DNA of 58,334 nt, counting the filler, from Bipalium vagum (taxonomy: Eukaryota): NCBI GenBank assembly GCA_037834085.1. It is 3 parts of 3 records of this genome, joined end to end, with 100 filler letters (N's around TTAATTAATTAA, not from the genome) between each part and the next. Parts side by side here need not be neighbours in the genome. Positions count along the whole stretch, not along the records: positions 1 to 25,121 come from JBBMKC010196831.1; positions 25,222 to 42,338 come from JBBMKC010077992.1; 1 more part is not named here. The stretch is one strand, 5' to 3'. The notes under the pieces are model-generated. The model worked only from the letters and a program-made list of their open reading frames with translations. It was not told the DNA's origin and did no database searches. The position numbers were made by a program, and so were the translations under genes. This document shows positions 22,292 through 35,000 of this stretch, piece after piece. How positions within the stretch are numbered: position 1 is the stretch's first letter; each line of letters starts with the position of its first letter.

Positions 22292-23649
22292 TTTTCAATG
22301 TGATCAGCAGTTGTGATTTCTGTGGTGATTGAGATCATTTTTCATTTTAATATTGTGATATATATACATATATAAATACAAAATATATTTAATAATAATA
22401 ATAGTCTTTTATCCGCTAATTCTTTTTGGCAATATACGTCTTTTCTCGTATTCTCTCGAAAACCTTGAAATTTGCATTTAGAATCCACCACATTTTCAAT
22501 TCTCAATCGTCTTCAATTGTTACATATTTCACTGTATTTTTTTTATAAATTTATTTTCTGAATGAATCTCTGCTTAAAAAAGGATGATGATGATGACGAT
22601 GTGTTACGCGTGATTGTGTGTATGTATGTGTACAAATATTAATTCCGAAAATTATTTCGAAATTGTTTGGGAAGATATTTTAATTTTTGTTTTTAGCCCT
22701 TAGTGATTGTTATTTGGTCTGTGCAATCATTTAAAAAGATTTTATATTTAAATATATTGACTTGGTTTCATTTTAGATTTAACGGGAATTATATTATTTA
22801 TGTTTTGTCAATTGCTCATTGTTAACGTGTCTCCTTTATTCTCTTTCGATAAATGAAAGTTACATTATTGCAGAGAAAATTTGATTTTGTGAGAAACATG
22901 TTGGCTTATTTTTTTATTGCTATTTTCATTTTATCTGATTCAGTTTCAAAAATTGTTAAACTTCAATTAACAATTATTTTATTGAGAATAATATACAAAA
23001 TTTTGTGTACATAATTGATTATCAATAGATTATTTGTAAGCCAAAACCTGGTTAAAAATGTAAGTAATTAATTTAAGTGTTATCAATTATAAAAAAGGAG
23101 AAATAAGAATGGCAATTAAGAAATTTCGGAAATATTCTCTTTCTAGTTCATATTCTGAGTAATTTGTGGACAAAATTCTTATTTTGTCTAAATTTATTTA
23201 ATTTTCTTGAGGTAATGTGATATTTCAAAATTACACGAACAATTTTAAGTCTAATAAATTCATATTTTAATGCTTATTTATATCAGAAACTGAAATTTTA
23301 CTAAATATTTTAAAATGATAGAATTCCAAATTAATTAATATTAACTCAAGCACCAATCGGGATTGTTTTGAACAAAAATTATTCAAATCTTTGTTAGTTT
23401 TATTCAGACTAATGAAATTTACTGAGTTTTTTGAAGTGCTCTATCTGATAGAATGAAAAGTTTTATACCTTAAGATTCATTTTTAAATCACATTGATCAA
23501 ATAGGTCGTAATGGCACAATATTAATTGTTACTATAAGTATAATTTATATTGAGTTATATAGTAACCTAAGAATAATGTCAAGTATAATTCCGTTATTCA
23601 TTATATTTTTAAAAAAATTCAGCTTTTATGTTGGATAATGGATAGCAAT

Positions 23650-24050
23650 ACTAACAATGTATCACAGCTTTATTTTTTGCAATGGAGACATCATGTATGT
23701 GTATTTGTTGTATACAATATTCGACAGGTTTTTTAGACATATACATTTTGAAACTTCAGCGTCCACGGAAGTATAAGCGTTTCACCAACAGTATATTTCA
23801 TATTTTATAAATAGTTTGAACAACTGATCCCATAGATGAAAACTTAGATAATCTGTTTAATTCCAGGTAACGCAAATCTGATATATTCTTTAATTAGTTC
23901 AAAATCTTGTCTACTCATAATTTTTTCTGCTTTTTACTAAATGGATCTTACCAGTCCTCCTTGATCTTTGTAAATACCTATTAAAATAATCAATTCAGAT
24001 ATTTAACCAGTTCAACGTCATCAATTATTAAATTGTTGTGCATACTACAG
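23650..24050 (-). mobile_element. Decayed piggyBac transposase fragment
   Basis: Minus-strand frames give IMSRQDFELIKEYIRF and YTVGETLI/FRGR*SFKMYMSKKPVEYCI, resembling PGBD motifs MSRxRF and VDE..FRGR.SFRQY.PSKP.KYG. Confidence 0.6.
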
Positions 24051-24289
24051 TATAAATCGTCTAATCCGTATGCAATTTTCGGTCCCAAATTAATTGACCA
24101 TTAAACTCATAAATTATATTGAAGAATCCGGAGTTTCGTCAATACCGATTAAAATTTCTGGTCCTACTTACATAAAAAATTTCGTATTTAATTCATGTCA
24201 AATATGCTTTGCTTAAATATTCTAAAATAGTTTTAAAATTATAAATTTAAAGTAATTTAATACGCCAATTATAAAATTTTAAATTAATA

Positions 24290-24575
24290 TTTTAGATGAC
24301 AACAAAGCGATTAAGATGTAAAATAAATTTTTAAAAAAATTTGAAATAATTTGCTTTTCAGAGATACTTAAAAATATCTATATTGCTAAGCAATTTAATA
24401 TTAAGCTACAAACTCCATGTGACATTTTAAAAAATGAATCAAACATTAAAGAAATGTTAAAGAAATATGAACAAACAGCCAAATCATTATTACAATGGTT
24501 TACTGGAATGCGCGTAAATCAGCCTAATTACCATTAAGTGGAGAAATGATCAGACAGAAAGCAACTAATTATGCT
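24290..24575 (+). mobile_element. pogo/Tigger (CENP-B-like HTH) transposase N-terminal fragment
   Basis: IAKQFNIKLQTPCDILKNESNI...LLQWFTGMR.../PLSGEMIRQKATNYA, resembling HTH_psq and CENP-B HTH. Confidence 0.6.
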
Positions 24576-24579
24576 TTCG

Positions 24580-25121
24580 TTAGTTGAGTTAGACACTGCT
24601 GAGATAATTCATCCGCATTTGAAATTGAGGTGTAATTGGCTTTTTAGTCTTGAAAATGAATTCGATGGCTTTATGATCCGTTCTTACTAGAGATCTTTTA
24701 CCATATAGATAATGCTTGAAATGATTGCAGAAATAGTATATAGCTAATAATTCCTTCCTTGTAATACAATACCATTTTCGTGGCTATTCATTGCATGTGA
24801 CCCGTACGCAATAACTCTCTTTTCCGTTATCGTCGATCTGTGATAATAAGGCTTCAATTGCCTCAAAACTGGCATCAGTATCTAATACAAATTGCTTTTT
24901 AATATCTGGAAACGCTAGTACTGGGGTTTCTGTTAAAGCTTCTTTCAACTCTTGGAAAGCTAAATTGCATGCACCGGTCCAAAAAAGCTTCTCCTTGTTC
25001 TTGCCACACAATTCTTCTAGAGCTCTTGATTTTCTTGAATAGTCATCGATAAATTTTCTATAATAATTACAGATACCAAGGAAGCTTCTTAAATTCTTTA
25101 TGCATTTTGGTCTTTCGAAGG
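24580..25121 (-). mobile_element. Ty3/Gypsy LTR retrotransposon RT-RNase H fragment, truncated by an assembly gap
   Basis: LRSFLGICNYYRKFIDDYS...AFQELKEALTETPVLAFPD..KQFVLDTDAS...TRKELLAIYYFCNHFKHYLYG...RTDHKA. Confidence 0.9.
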
Positions 25122-25221
25122 NNNNNNNNNNNNNNNNNNNNNNNNNNNNNNNNNNNNNNNNNNNNTTAATTAATTAANNNNNNNNNNNNNNNNNNNNNNN
25201 NNNNNNNNNNNNNNNNNNNNN
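25122..25221. other. Assembly gap spacer N44-TTAATTAATTAA-N44
   Basis: Exactly 100 bp with a palindromic all-frame stop linker; identical design to 42339-42438. Confidence 0.95.
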
Positions 25222-25334
25222 TAATTAATATAAGTACTACTATATTAAATATAATTATACAACTTTTATTTCATTACTTACATTATTCATGAAGTTATGA
25301 CATTTATTACTGCCAAAAATTTTGTTGCTCAGTA

Positions 25335-25605
25335 TATTTGTAATGAAGAATATTTTAAATGATATAAACACCAATGTGGGTATAAAACATGTCCAATTTG
25401 TAATGAAAAATACAAACCTCCAATCATTAATTACAAATGTTATTTAAAAAGTAATGAAGGAGAATTTAAACAAAGTAATAAATATTTTTTTTGATTTTGA
25501 AGCTACTCAAGAAAATGCTGATTATCATGAAATGAATTACGCAATTGCTTATGATTCAGAAAGAACACTTTATTATAAAATATAAAATAATTCAATTACA
25601 TTTTT
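25335..25605 (+). mobile_element. Polinton/Maverick pPolB fragment (second copy)
   Basis: Close nucleotide similarity to 40815-41089: Cys-rich segment and FFDFEATQE..HEMNYAIAYD. Confidence 0.75.
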
Positions 25606-26349
25606 TAAACTTATTAATGAAAAAATTTTGATTTAAAGATTTTAAATGTAATTCACCTGGGTATTTTTCAGTTGTAAATTTATTTAAAAATTTATTATTT
25701 TTGATTTGTGATTGGATGTCTCCTCCTGTTTTTATAAAAAAGATGGACATTTTTCTTGAATTTTTTCATTAGTACTTTTTTAGTACTATTAGTATTTTTA
25801 TTAGTACTTTTATTAGTATCTTTAGTTTTATTTTTCAAATGTATGTTTATCTTTAAATGTTTTGATTTATTATATTTTGAAATATATTTGTCACAAATTT
25901 CACAATACTATTTTTCCACTGTCGTTTTTTATTTAAAAATGTTATTTTATTTTGATAAAATTTTAATATTCCATCCTTAGATTTTCATCTATTTTCGAGT
26001 AATTATAAATAATTATATCAATCAGATTTTCATGTTGTTCTTTTATTTTATTTTTATATGATTCAAATGTGCAATAATCTATTAACTATAATAAATCTTT
26101 AGAATAGGATTTTTAATCTTCTAAATTAAAATTTTTAGCTCTTAAAAATATTTCATAATATTTATTTTGTGGAAATTTATTTTGTATTATATTATATTTG
26201 TATTTATATTTGTATTATATTTAATTCTAGATTGGAAAGGTTATTTAAATCGTTTCTTTTCGTCTTCATTTTTAAAGAAAAAATTTGATTTTTTTAGTTT
26301 TAAATTTTTAGTTTTTTTATTTTGATTTATTTTCTGTTTATGTTTTTGT

Positions 26350-26480
26350 TATTTTTTTAGTTATTTTTTAGTTATTTATTTAGTTATTTATTTAGTTATT
26401 TATTTAGTCATTTATTTAGTTATTTAGTTATTTATTTAGTTATTTATTTAGTTATTTATTTAGTTATTTATTTAGTTATA
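26350..26480. repeat. AT-rich ~12-bp minisatellite (TTATTTATTTAG)n
   Basis: Tandem TTAGTTATTTAT units are directly visible. Confidence 0.85.
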
Positions 26481-26779
26481 TTTTAATTTATTTTTTTAGT
26501 TATTTTTTATGACTTAAAGCGTACCCTGTTTGTAAACACGTTTTTGACGAACAAACGAGTATGTCAAATTAAATGATTAAAAAACCAAATGGCTTTCATT
26601 GTTCACATTTCTTCTGTAGGTTTGAGTCACTAAATTTACCAAAAAAATCGAACTGTGTATTGAGAAGATATTGAAATGTTTCAGACAGCAGATGAAAGAC
26701 AGTAGAGTTTAGTTGTGAGTGAGAATGTTAAAATTCAAATGTTCACCTATTGCACAGCAACCAGGAAGACAGCTGATGC

Positions 26780-27750
26780 ATATGAAATAAAAAATTGATG
26801 AAATTGTTTCATAAATATTATCAGCAGAAGTTTTAGCTTAGTATAAAAGTCCATGGAATTCTCCGTTGGTGGTGGTAGTGAAGAAGGATTGGTCAGTAGG
26901 AATATGCATTGATTTCAGACGAATAAATAATATCACGGAAAAATTTACTTTTCCTTTCACAAATATAAAAATTCTATTGGATTGTTTAGCTGATTCCAAG
27001 TACTTTTCATCAATTGATTTGAGTTGTAGATTATATATATATATATAATCATATTATCAAATGGATTTGTCAGAAACTTCAAGACTGGCTTTCAGTAAAC
27101 AAGGTCAATTTTTTTAACCGTTTACTTTTTGGCTTAATAACAAAGGAGAAGACCATTGTGTTGTTGACGGTTTGTCAGGATTATCAGATGTTTATGTTCT
27201 CCATGTCAGACAATGCATCAACATGCAAAATTAAAAAAGCTGAAAGCCAGATATATCACTGTTGTTGAGAAAAGTGATTCTAGTCTGGAATTAATGCATA
27301 GAAAAAGAATGAACAAAATTCAGATCTAATGATAACTAAGATCAAATGTTATTTGAAAGAGGAGAGAAGAAAAATATTCGAAAAGTTGACAGAATAACCT
27401 TAATATAAGGGATAATTTGAATATCGTTGATAATTTACTTGTTTTAAGAAAGAATGTACGAAACCTAACATTATTTCCGAAAGATTGTAGAGGAATTTGT
27501 GAAGGAGATCCATTCAAAATTGTGTCATTTTGGAAGTAATAAGATATTCCCTTTTTTTTAAATGGAATTTTGGCAATCAATGTTGAACACAATTAAAACT
27601 TGTTTAAAGAACTGTGTTATTTGTGCTAAAAGAATAATAGATTAGATGCGTACCAAGGAAGATATTACCCCCAGAAGAAGTTCTCACTTATAGAGCAAAG
27701 CCTCTTGTGGTAGCTTTTAAGGAAAGGTTTGGAGCTGTAAGCTGGTTTAC
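26780..27750 (+). mobile_element. Decayed Ty3/Gypsy pol fragment (RT N-terminus and downstream remnants)
   Basis: KSPWNSPLVVVVKKDWSVGICIDFRRINNITEKFTFPF...LADSKYFSSIDL; the 3' boundary is approximate. Confidence 0.75.
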
Positions 27751-29001
27751 TTAGATGAAACAACTGTCAGCTTACAACAAACCAGAAATTTTTGCCACCA
27801 TACTCGCCTCAATTAAACCTGATCGAAGAATTTTTAACAGCTTGAAGTCGCAAATATCATCCTTTATAAGAACCATTATAGATCAGGACTATTTAAAAGG
27901 ATTGATTACCCAAGTATGCATGCATGACGATATCCATTTAAGTGATTATTTTCGCAATATAAATCCTTGGAGAGACAAGAATTTCGTCCCGAGTGTTTTA
28001 TTGTTTTTATATCTACATTTCCACTCGTTTATTTTTTATGAAATATATATGATTTTTTTCTATAAATTTCTATATTTTTAATGTCAATCGGTTTTTAATC
28101 AGAACTAGAAGTTATTTTTTGAACAGATTTATTAAGTGATAAAACAAATAATATTTTAACAAATTTTCTCAGACCTGAAAATTCATTATTTTATTAAATC
28201 TTAAAAATAAGTTTACTTTTAAAATCTCATTCATACTTTTTAAATATTTTAAAATTTAAATAAATAATTAAAAAAATTCCCTAGGTCTAATTAGCCGCCT
28301 CATATATATATTTCTGAATAATTTTTTATATATTTCTGCATAACCTTGTATATTTTTTAGACTTTAAATGAGAAATTAATGCTGTTTTAGTTTTAAAATT
28401 TGTATTACATTCAATACAAAATAAATCCTCAAAATAAAAAAATTAATTTAAATAGTTTTTATAAAAGTTAAATGTTTATTACGTGAAAATTAATGAGTTA
28501 ATAAATTTATAAAATTTTGAAATTTGTAACTTTTTTTATAAAAATTTATATAAATCATTAAATTTATAAAAAAAATTGACAACTTGCAAAATCAATAATG
28601 AAAAAATTAATGAAATTTCAATAATAAAAAGTCAATAATCAATGAAGTCATTGAAATATTGAAATTTGAAAAAATGTGATAGTAATGAGGAAAAAGCTAA
28701 TTTTGTTGGTATTAAATTTTCGATATTCGGTATTCGATTCGATATTGAGGTATTGCAGTATTCGGTAATGCATATTCATAAAATTTCAAATTGGATTTAT
28801 TGGATATTCAGTATTTGGGCTTTGGTGTTGGTAGCAATTAGCAGTTTCCCACTACTTACATTTTCCTTTAAAACTATTTTCAAGACAAAAATAATAAAAT
28901 TATCAAGAGTATGCGATAATAAGTTAATAAATATTTATAATTTTTAAATTTTTTTTGATTTTGAAGTTAATTATGTAAATAATATTCTTAAAAATATTTA
29001 C

Positions 29002-32000
29002 GTCAAATGCCGGTGCATTTTCAGCTGGCTTTATTTCAAATGGTAAACTAGCAATATCTTCACTCAAGTCTGTGGTTGGTAAAGTTCTCGTTGACTGAAT
29101 AGCATTGCATTGTAAATTATTCTTTTTTCCTATACACCCTGGTTTTGCTTTCAAAACGCATCCTATTTTTTTCTCCAAACTAATTTCTGGTTTTATCCAA
29201 TATCTGTGGCAAAGAAAGAAATTCAATTTAAAAAGATATTTTTAATTCTTTTTTATTAATTAAATAAATAATTAGTATTCTACAGAATTTATCTTATGGG
29301 TTTATTATTATAAATATTTTTAAGAATATTAATCAAATGGATCTCAAATTATTCTTATGAAATATAATTTAAATTTTAAATATTTTTTTAAAAAATGCAT
29401 TTAAAATATATATTAAAACTCTTCCAGTAATATTAATAAGGTGTTACTAGTAGGTAATCTTTTAAAATAGTAAACAAAAGTGAGTTAAGTTTGAAAATAA
29501 ATGTAGAAATTAAATATATCAGTAAAATAAAATAATAAATAAGAATTATCCAGTTTTGCGCAATTTCATAAAAACATTCAGATAAAAAGATAACAGAAAT
29601 ATAATAAATGGTAAATATGTTATTAAGAAAACTTTTTCAATATTTTTTATTTATCTCTGATAAAGTGCAATAAACAAATTTCAAACTCAATATGATAATA
29701 CTCAAATGTCTTATATTTAATATTATTACTGCTATCAAAAAATTTATATAATTGCAATTTCAATAAACATCAATCTTAAAAACCATAAAAAATTACATAT
29801 ATGTGGGCCAATATTTAATATTATCCGGGTCGTCAACAGGTATGTTAAAATCACTGTCCATTACATTAATATTTTCTGAGGTCTCTGTGTTTTCGTTAAT
29901 TTCCAATGATTCGACCTTATTACTTATTTCTTGTATATCTTCAGAGATTAAAAACTTTTCGAAAAATTTATCTTTCCTTTGTTTTGTTTTCTTTTGTTTG
30001 ATTTCATAATTTTCTTGTTCTAATTTAGAGATTTCAATTGTTTTACTCAACTCATTCTCTACCTGATTCAATTCTTCAACTCCTAAAAATAATAGTTCTT
30101 CACCAACCTTAATTATATTATCTGAAACTATATTTTGGTCAATTTCCAGACTATTTTCCAATTCATTTTTCGATTCATCATCTTTCAGCACAGCATTACT
30201 CAAAATATTTTTACTCATCAAATCTTTACTTAACAAATCTTTGCTCAAATCTTCTTTATTTAAATGATCATTTTTCAAACCAACTTCAGAATTAGTCGTT
30301 GGTATACAATTTATTTGTTCGTGATCTGAGGTTGGGGAAACTTCCAAAATTTGATTATCTTCAATTTTTGATACTGTTGTTCTACAACAAAATTTATTTG
30401 ACTGAGTTTCAGGAATATTTGCTTGTTTCTCCTTAAAGTCCTCCGGTTTATTTAATTCTTGAACTTTCACAATTGAAATATTCTCATTAATAATAATTTC
30501 CTCTTTTACAATGTTTTCGTTCAATGATTCATTTGAGAATTTTGATTTTCTTTGATACCCAATATGGCACTTTTCTCTTTTATTAACATTTACAATGTCA
30601 GGAGAATTCCTATCATTATTTATATTACTTTCCCATTTTAAAAATCTATGGTCATTTTGAGTTTCCTTATATTTTTCCGCATTACTCTGATTTGTCCCAT
30701 GTTCATTTTCTTCTTTTGATTTATCATTTAAAAATGACCAAGGCACTTCCAATTTAGATTCTTTGCCCAAAGATTTATGAACCTCAATCTTATCAAATTC
30801 CTTATATTTTGTACCATTGTTTAAATTATTTTTTTGTGAGATGTCGGGCTTATAACTCTCATAACAATTGTTGAAAACTATAATATTATGTCTATTTGGA
30901 TCGTATAATTTGTGTTGAGATAATATTTTTGACTTTTCAATTAATCGATTTTTTTCTCTGACTTCACGTTCCTTTTCACATTTCGATTTGAAATCTTTTC
31001 TCTCTTCTTCCAATCTTTTTAGTCGATTGAACTGTTGTAACTTTAACTTGTTCATATTTTCTTGCTCCAGTTGTTTCTTTTCCTTTAAAAACAGTTCTTC
31101 GTCAACTGGTTTATCGGTTTTGCTTTTATCCATTTTATTTTCAATTTGAATTGGCTTATTGACTTTAGATTGGAATGAAGAATTTTTAATTTTATTATTT
31201 TCACAACAGTTTTTTTTTTCGGAGACGTTATTTATTTTAATTAAAATCGGTTCATAACTTTCATTTTCATTATACAATTTTTGCATATTTTCTTCTCCAG
31301 GTTCGTCTTTTTTCTCAAAATTTTCATTAATTTGTTCATTTTCATATTCTTCCATATTGTAATCGAATATCAGTTTAGATTCCACATCATCCTTACTACT
31401 TTCTGTTGGTTTAGATATTTTATCTTTATGAATTGTATTTCCTTCATTGAGTAAGTATTGTTGGTCCTGTAAAACTTTATTATTCTTAAAATGCTTTTCA
31501 CGAATATCACTATCTTGGCAGCATAGATTACAACTTTTATCTTTATTATATTTATCGATATTTGTAGACTTTATTTTGATATTATCTTCTTTGTTAACAT
31601 CTTTCTTTACACTTTTTATGATGTGTTTTTCTTGTATTTTTGTCGAATTTTGGTCTTCATATTCCTTAGATCTTTTTAGAACTTTAATTTCAGAATCAGT
31701 TGAAGATTCTGGGTGAGATTCTTTAGCTTGTGGAACTTTTAAGAGTGGATTATAATTAGATCCTAAAAGAATTTCCTGACTTCTATAAATTTTTATATTC
31801 TTTGAATTATCGGATTTTATACAACACTGACCACATGTTCTATAACCAGTGGTAACTATATGTTTATCAGTAACAACTGGACTATTTTCTTTTATTTCTG
31901 TTTTGGTACACAAGTTACATTTTGTCTTTTCATCTAATTCCTTCTTTTTTATATTTATTAAATAACTGCTTGGTTCAGAGGTCTTTGCTGGTTCACTAGA

Positions 32001-35000
32001 ATCGTCTTTATTCTTTGAAATTTCTGATTTGACACAGCACTGGGCACATGTTCTATCACCAGTGGTAACTATATGCTTATCAGTAACACCTAAGCTTTTT
32101 TCTTTTATTTCTGTTTTGGTACACAAGTTACATTTTGTCTTTTCATCTGATTTCTTTTTTTTTATATTTATTAAATTACTGCTTGGTTCAGAAGTCTTAG
32201 GTGGTTCACTAGAATCGTCTTTATTCTTTGCAATGTCTGATTTTATACAACACTGAGCACATGTTCTATCTCCGGTTGTAATTAAATGTTTATCGGTAAC
32301 AAGTGATCTATCTTGCATTATTTCTGTTTTAGTACATAAATTACATATTTTATTTTCACCCGCTTCCTTTTTTATATTTATTAAATTTCTGCTTGGTTCA
32401 GAAGTCTTTGGTGGTTCACTAGAATCGTCTTTATTCTTTGAAATTTCTGATTTGACACAGCACTGGGCACATGTTCTATCACCAGTAGTAACTGTATGCT
32501 TATCAGTAACAACTGAGCTGTTTTCTTTTATTTCTGTTTTGGTACACAAATTACATTTTGTCTTTTCATCTGATTTCTTCTTTTCTATATTTATTAAATT
32601 ACTGCTTGGTTCAGAAGTCTTAGGTGGTTCACTAGAATCGTCTTTATTCTTTGCAATGTCTGATTTTATACAACACTGAGCACATGTTCTATCTCCGGTT
32701 GTAATTAAATGTTTATCGGTAACAAGTGATCTATCTTGCATTATTTCTGTTTTAGTACATAAATTACATATTTTATTTTCACCCGCTTCCTTTTTTATAT
32801 TTATTAAATTTCTGCTTGGTTCAGAAGTCTTTGGTGGTTCACTAGAATCGTCTTTATTCTTTGAAATTTCTGATTTGACACAGCACTGGGCACATGTTCT
32901 ATCACCAGTAGTAACTGTATGCTTATCAGTAACAACTGAGCTGTTTTCTTTTATTTCTGTTTTGGTACACAAATTACATTTTGTCTTTTCATCTGATTTC
33001 TTCTTTTCTATATTTATTAAATTACTGCTTGGTTCAGAAGTCTTAGGTGGTTCACTAGAATCGTCTTTATTCTTTGAAATTTCTGATTTGACACAGCACT
33101 GAGCACATGTTCTATCTCTTGTGTTAATTAAATATTTATCAGTAACAACTGGTCTATCCTCCTTAATTTCAGTTTTAGCACACAAATAACATTTTTCATT
33201 TTCACCGGCTTCTTTTTTTATACTTATTATGTGTTTGTTTGGCTCAAAATTCTTATATTCTTCATTAGATTTGTCTAGATTCTTTGAAATGTCTGAGTTG
33301 ACACAGCACTGACCACATATTCGATCTCCAGAGGTAGTTAAATGCTTATTAGTAACGACTACAGAGTCTTCTCTTATTTCAGCATGAGAGCAGAAACTAC
33401 ATTTATTTTTTTCAACATTTGTTTTCTCTTTTTTAATTAGTAAATTACTCTTTGTTGTGTTCTCTTTTTTTTCGTCATAATTCATTTCATTAATTTTAAT
33501 ACTTTCTAGAATTTCTTTCGATTGATCTCTCAGAATTTCTTTTTGATTGGATTTAGTTTCCTTTAGATTTACATATTCCTCACATGGGTCTACCTTAATA
33601 ATTTTTGTGGTACAACATTCAATTGAAACATTTTGGTTTATATATTTTACTATGTTATCAGAATTTGCATCAGTTGGCAAATTTTCACTTGATAAAGCCT
33701 CAATAAACAATAGGTCTTTTTTTGTTTCTGTTTTTTTACAACAAATGCATTCTGTTTGCGTTTTATGATTAAATTTCTCACTACCTTTTAACTGTTCTGA
33801 AATTGAATTTGACTTGTATTTTGTTATTAATATATTCACATCCTTATCGTTTTCATCTGTTTGTTTGTCTAGATTTTGATCTGTACTTAAAATATTTTTT
33901 TCATTTTGTTGCTTATCATTGTAACTACATATGCATGTTTCACCACAAATATTTTTAGTTTTTCTACTTCTTAAATCTTCACTGAATTCATATTCTGGTT
34001 CTTTTGGTGTAACTTTCAAATTTACATCACTTTTATTTGCAGATTTACAAATATCTTTGCACCTTACATTGTTACACAAACAAAAAGATCTTTGATTTTT
34101 TTCGATACCTTTGCTTTCTTCTAATTCATTTTTTTGATATTGACTTTTGATTCTCTGATCGTTATCTTTGTCTGTACATCTCATAACACATACATCTCCA
34201 CAGATTGTGTTATTTTTCCTTATTTTATTTCTATTTGTATTTTCTATATCATTTTCAATGTTATCGTTATAAATAGATTCATCTGGCTCTTTGTAAGATT
34301 TTACAGTCATATTCTGTTCATCATTTTCCTGAGATTGAGATTTTACTCTTTTCTGATCATTATAACATGTACATTTTCCGCACAATACTTTACTCTTTCC
34401 AGTTACATTTTTCGGTACTGTCTCTTTATTTTTTAGTGAATCATTTTCAATATTTGCACAACAAATAGGCTTAGATGATTCTTCCTCGTGTGATTTAATG
34501 GGCTGCTCTTCACTCTCTTGATAATGAGATTTCACTCTCTTCTCATCTTCATTCTTACATGTGCATCTCTTTATACATGTATTGCAATAGACCGTTTGTA
34601 TTTTTTCACTTTTATTTTCCTTTATTTTATTTTTTGACTCTTTAATTTCATTTTTTTGTAAGTCATTTTTAATATTTGACCAACAAATAGGTTCTTTTTG
34701 AGATCTTATTGTTATATTTTTTTTAACTTTCTGTTCTTCATTTACTTCAGATTGAGATTTTACTTTCATTGGTTCATCATTTTGACATGAACACTTCCTG
34801 ATACATGTATTATCACAGATTGCTTTACTTTTCCAGTGTTCATTTTCCTGTATTTTATTTTTGTAATCATCGAATTCATCTTTTTCAACAGGTGATACTT
34901 CCTCGTGGGATCTTTCATTCATGTCTTGCTTCATTTTTAGTTTTTCATTCTCTTGAGATTGGGATTTAATTTGTTTCTGATCATTTTTACAAGTACATTT

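Noticed and set aside
25166-25177. TTAATTAATTAA palindrome inside N runs (also 42383-42394)
   Set aside because: Artificial scaffolding linker with an identical 44+12+44 layout; adjacency across these gaps is unverified
28780-28870. Candidate final exon of the giant gene
   Set aside because: Several possible AG acceptors give different short frames, and none can be chosen from sequence alone
32029-33102. Three near-identical 75-aa + strand ORFs
   Set aside because: Antisense shadows of the 423-bp coding repeat, starting at TTG
31805-33410. Regular repeats as a CRISPR-like array
   Set aside because: Units are ~210 bp, in-frame coding repeats with no unique spacers, in a eukaryotic context without cas genes
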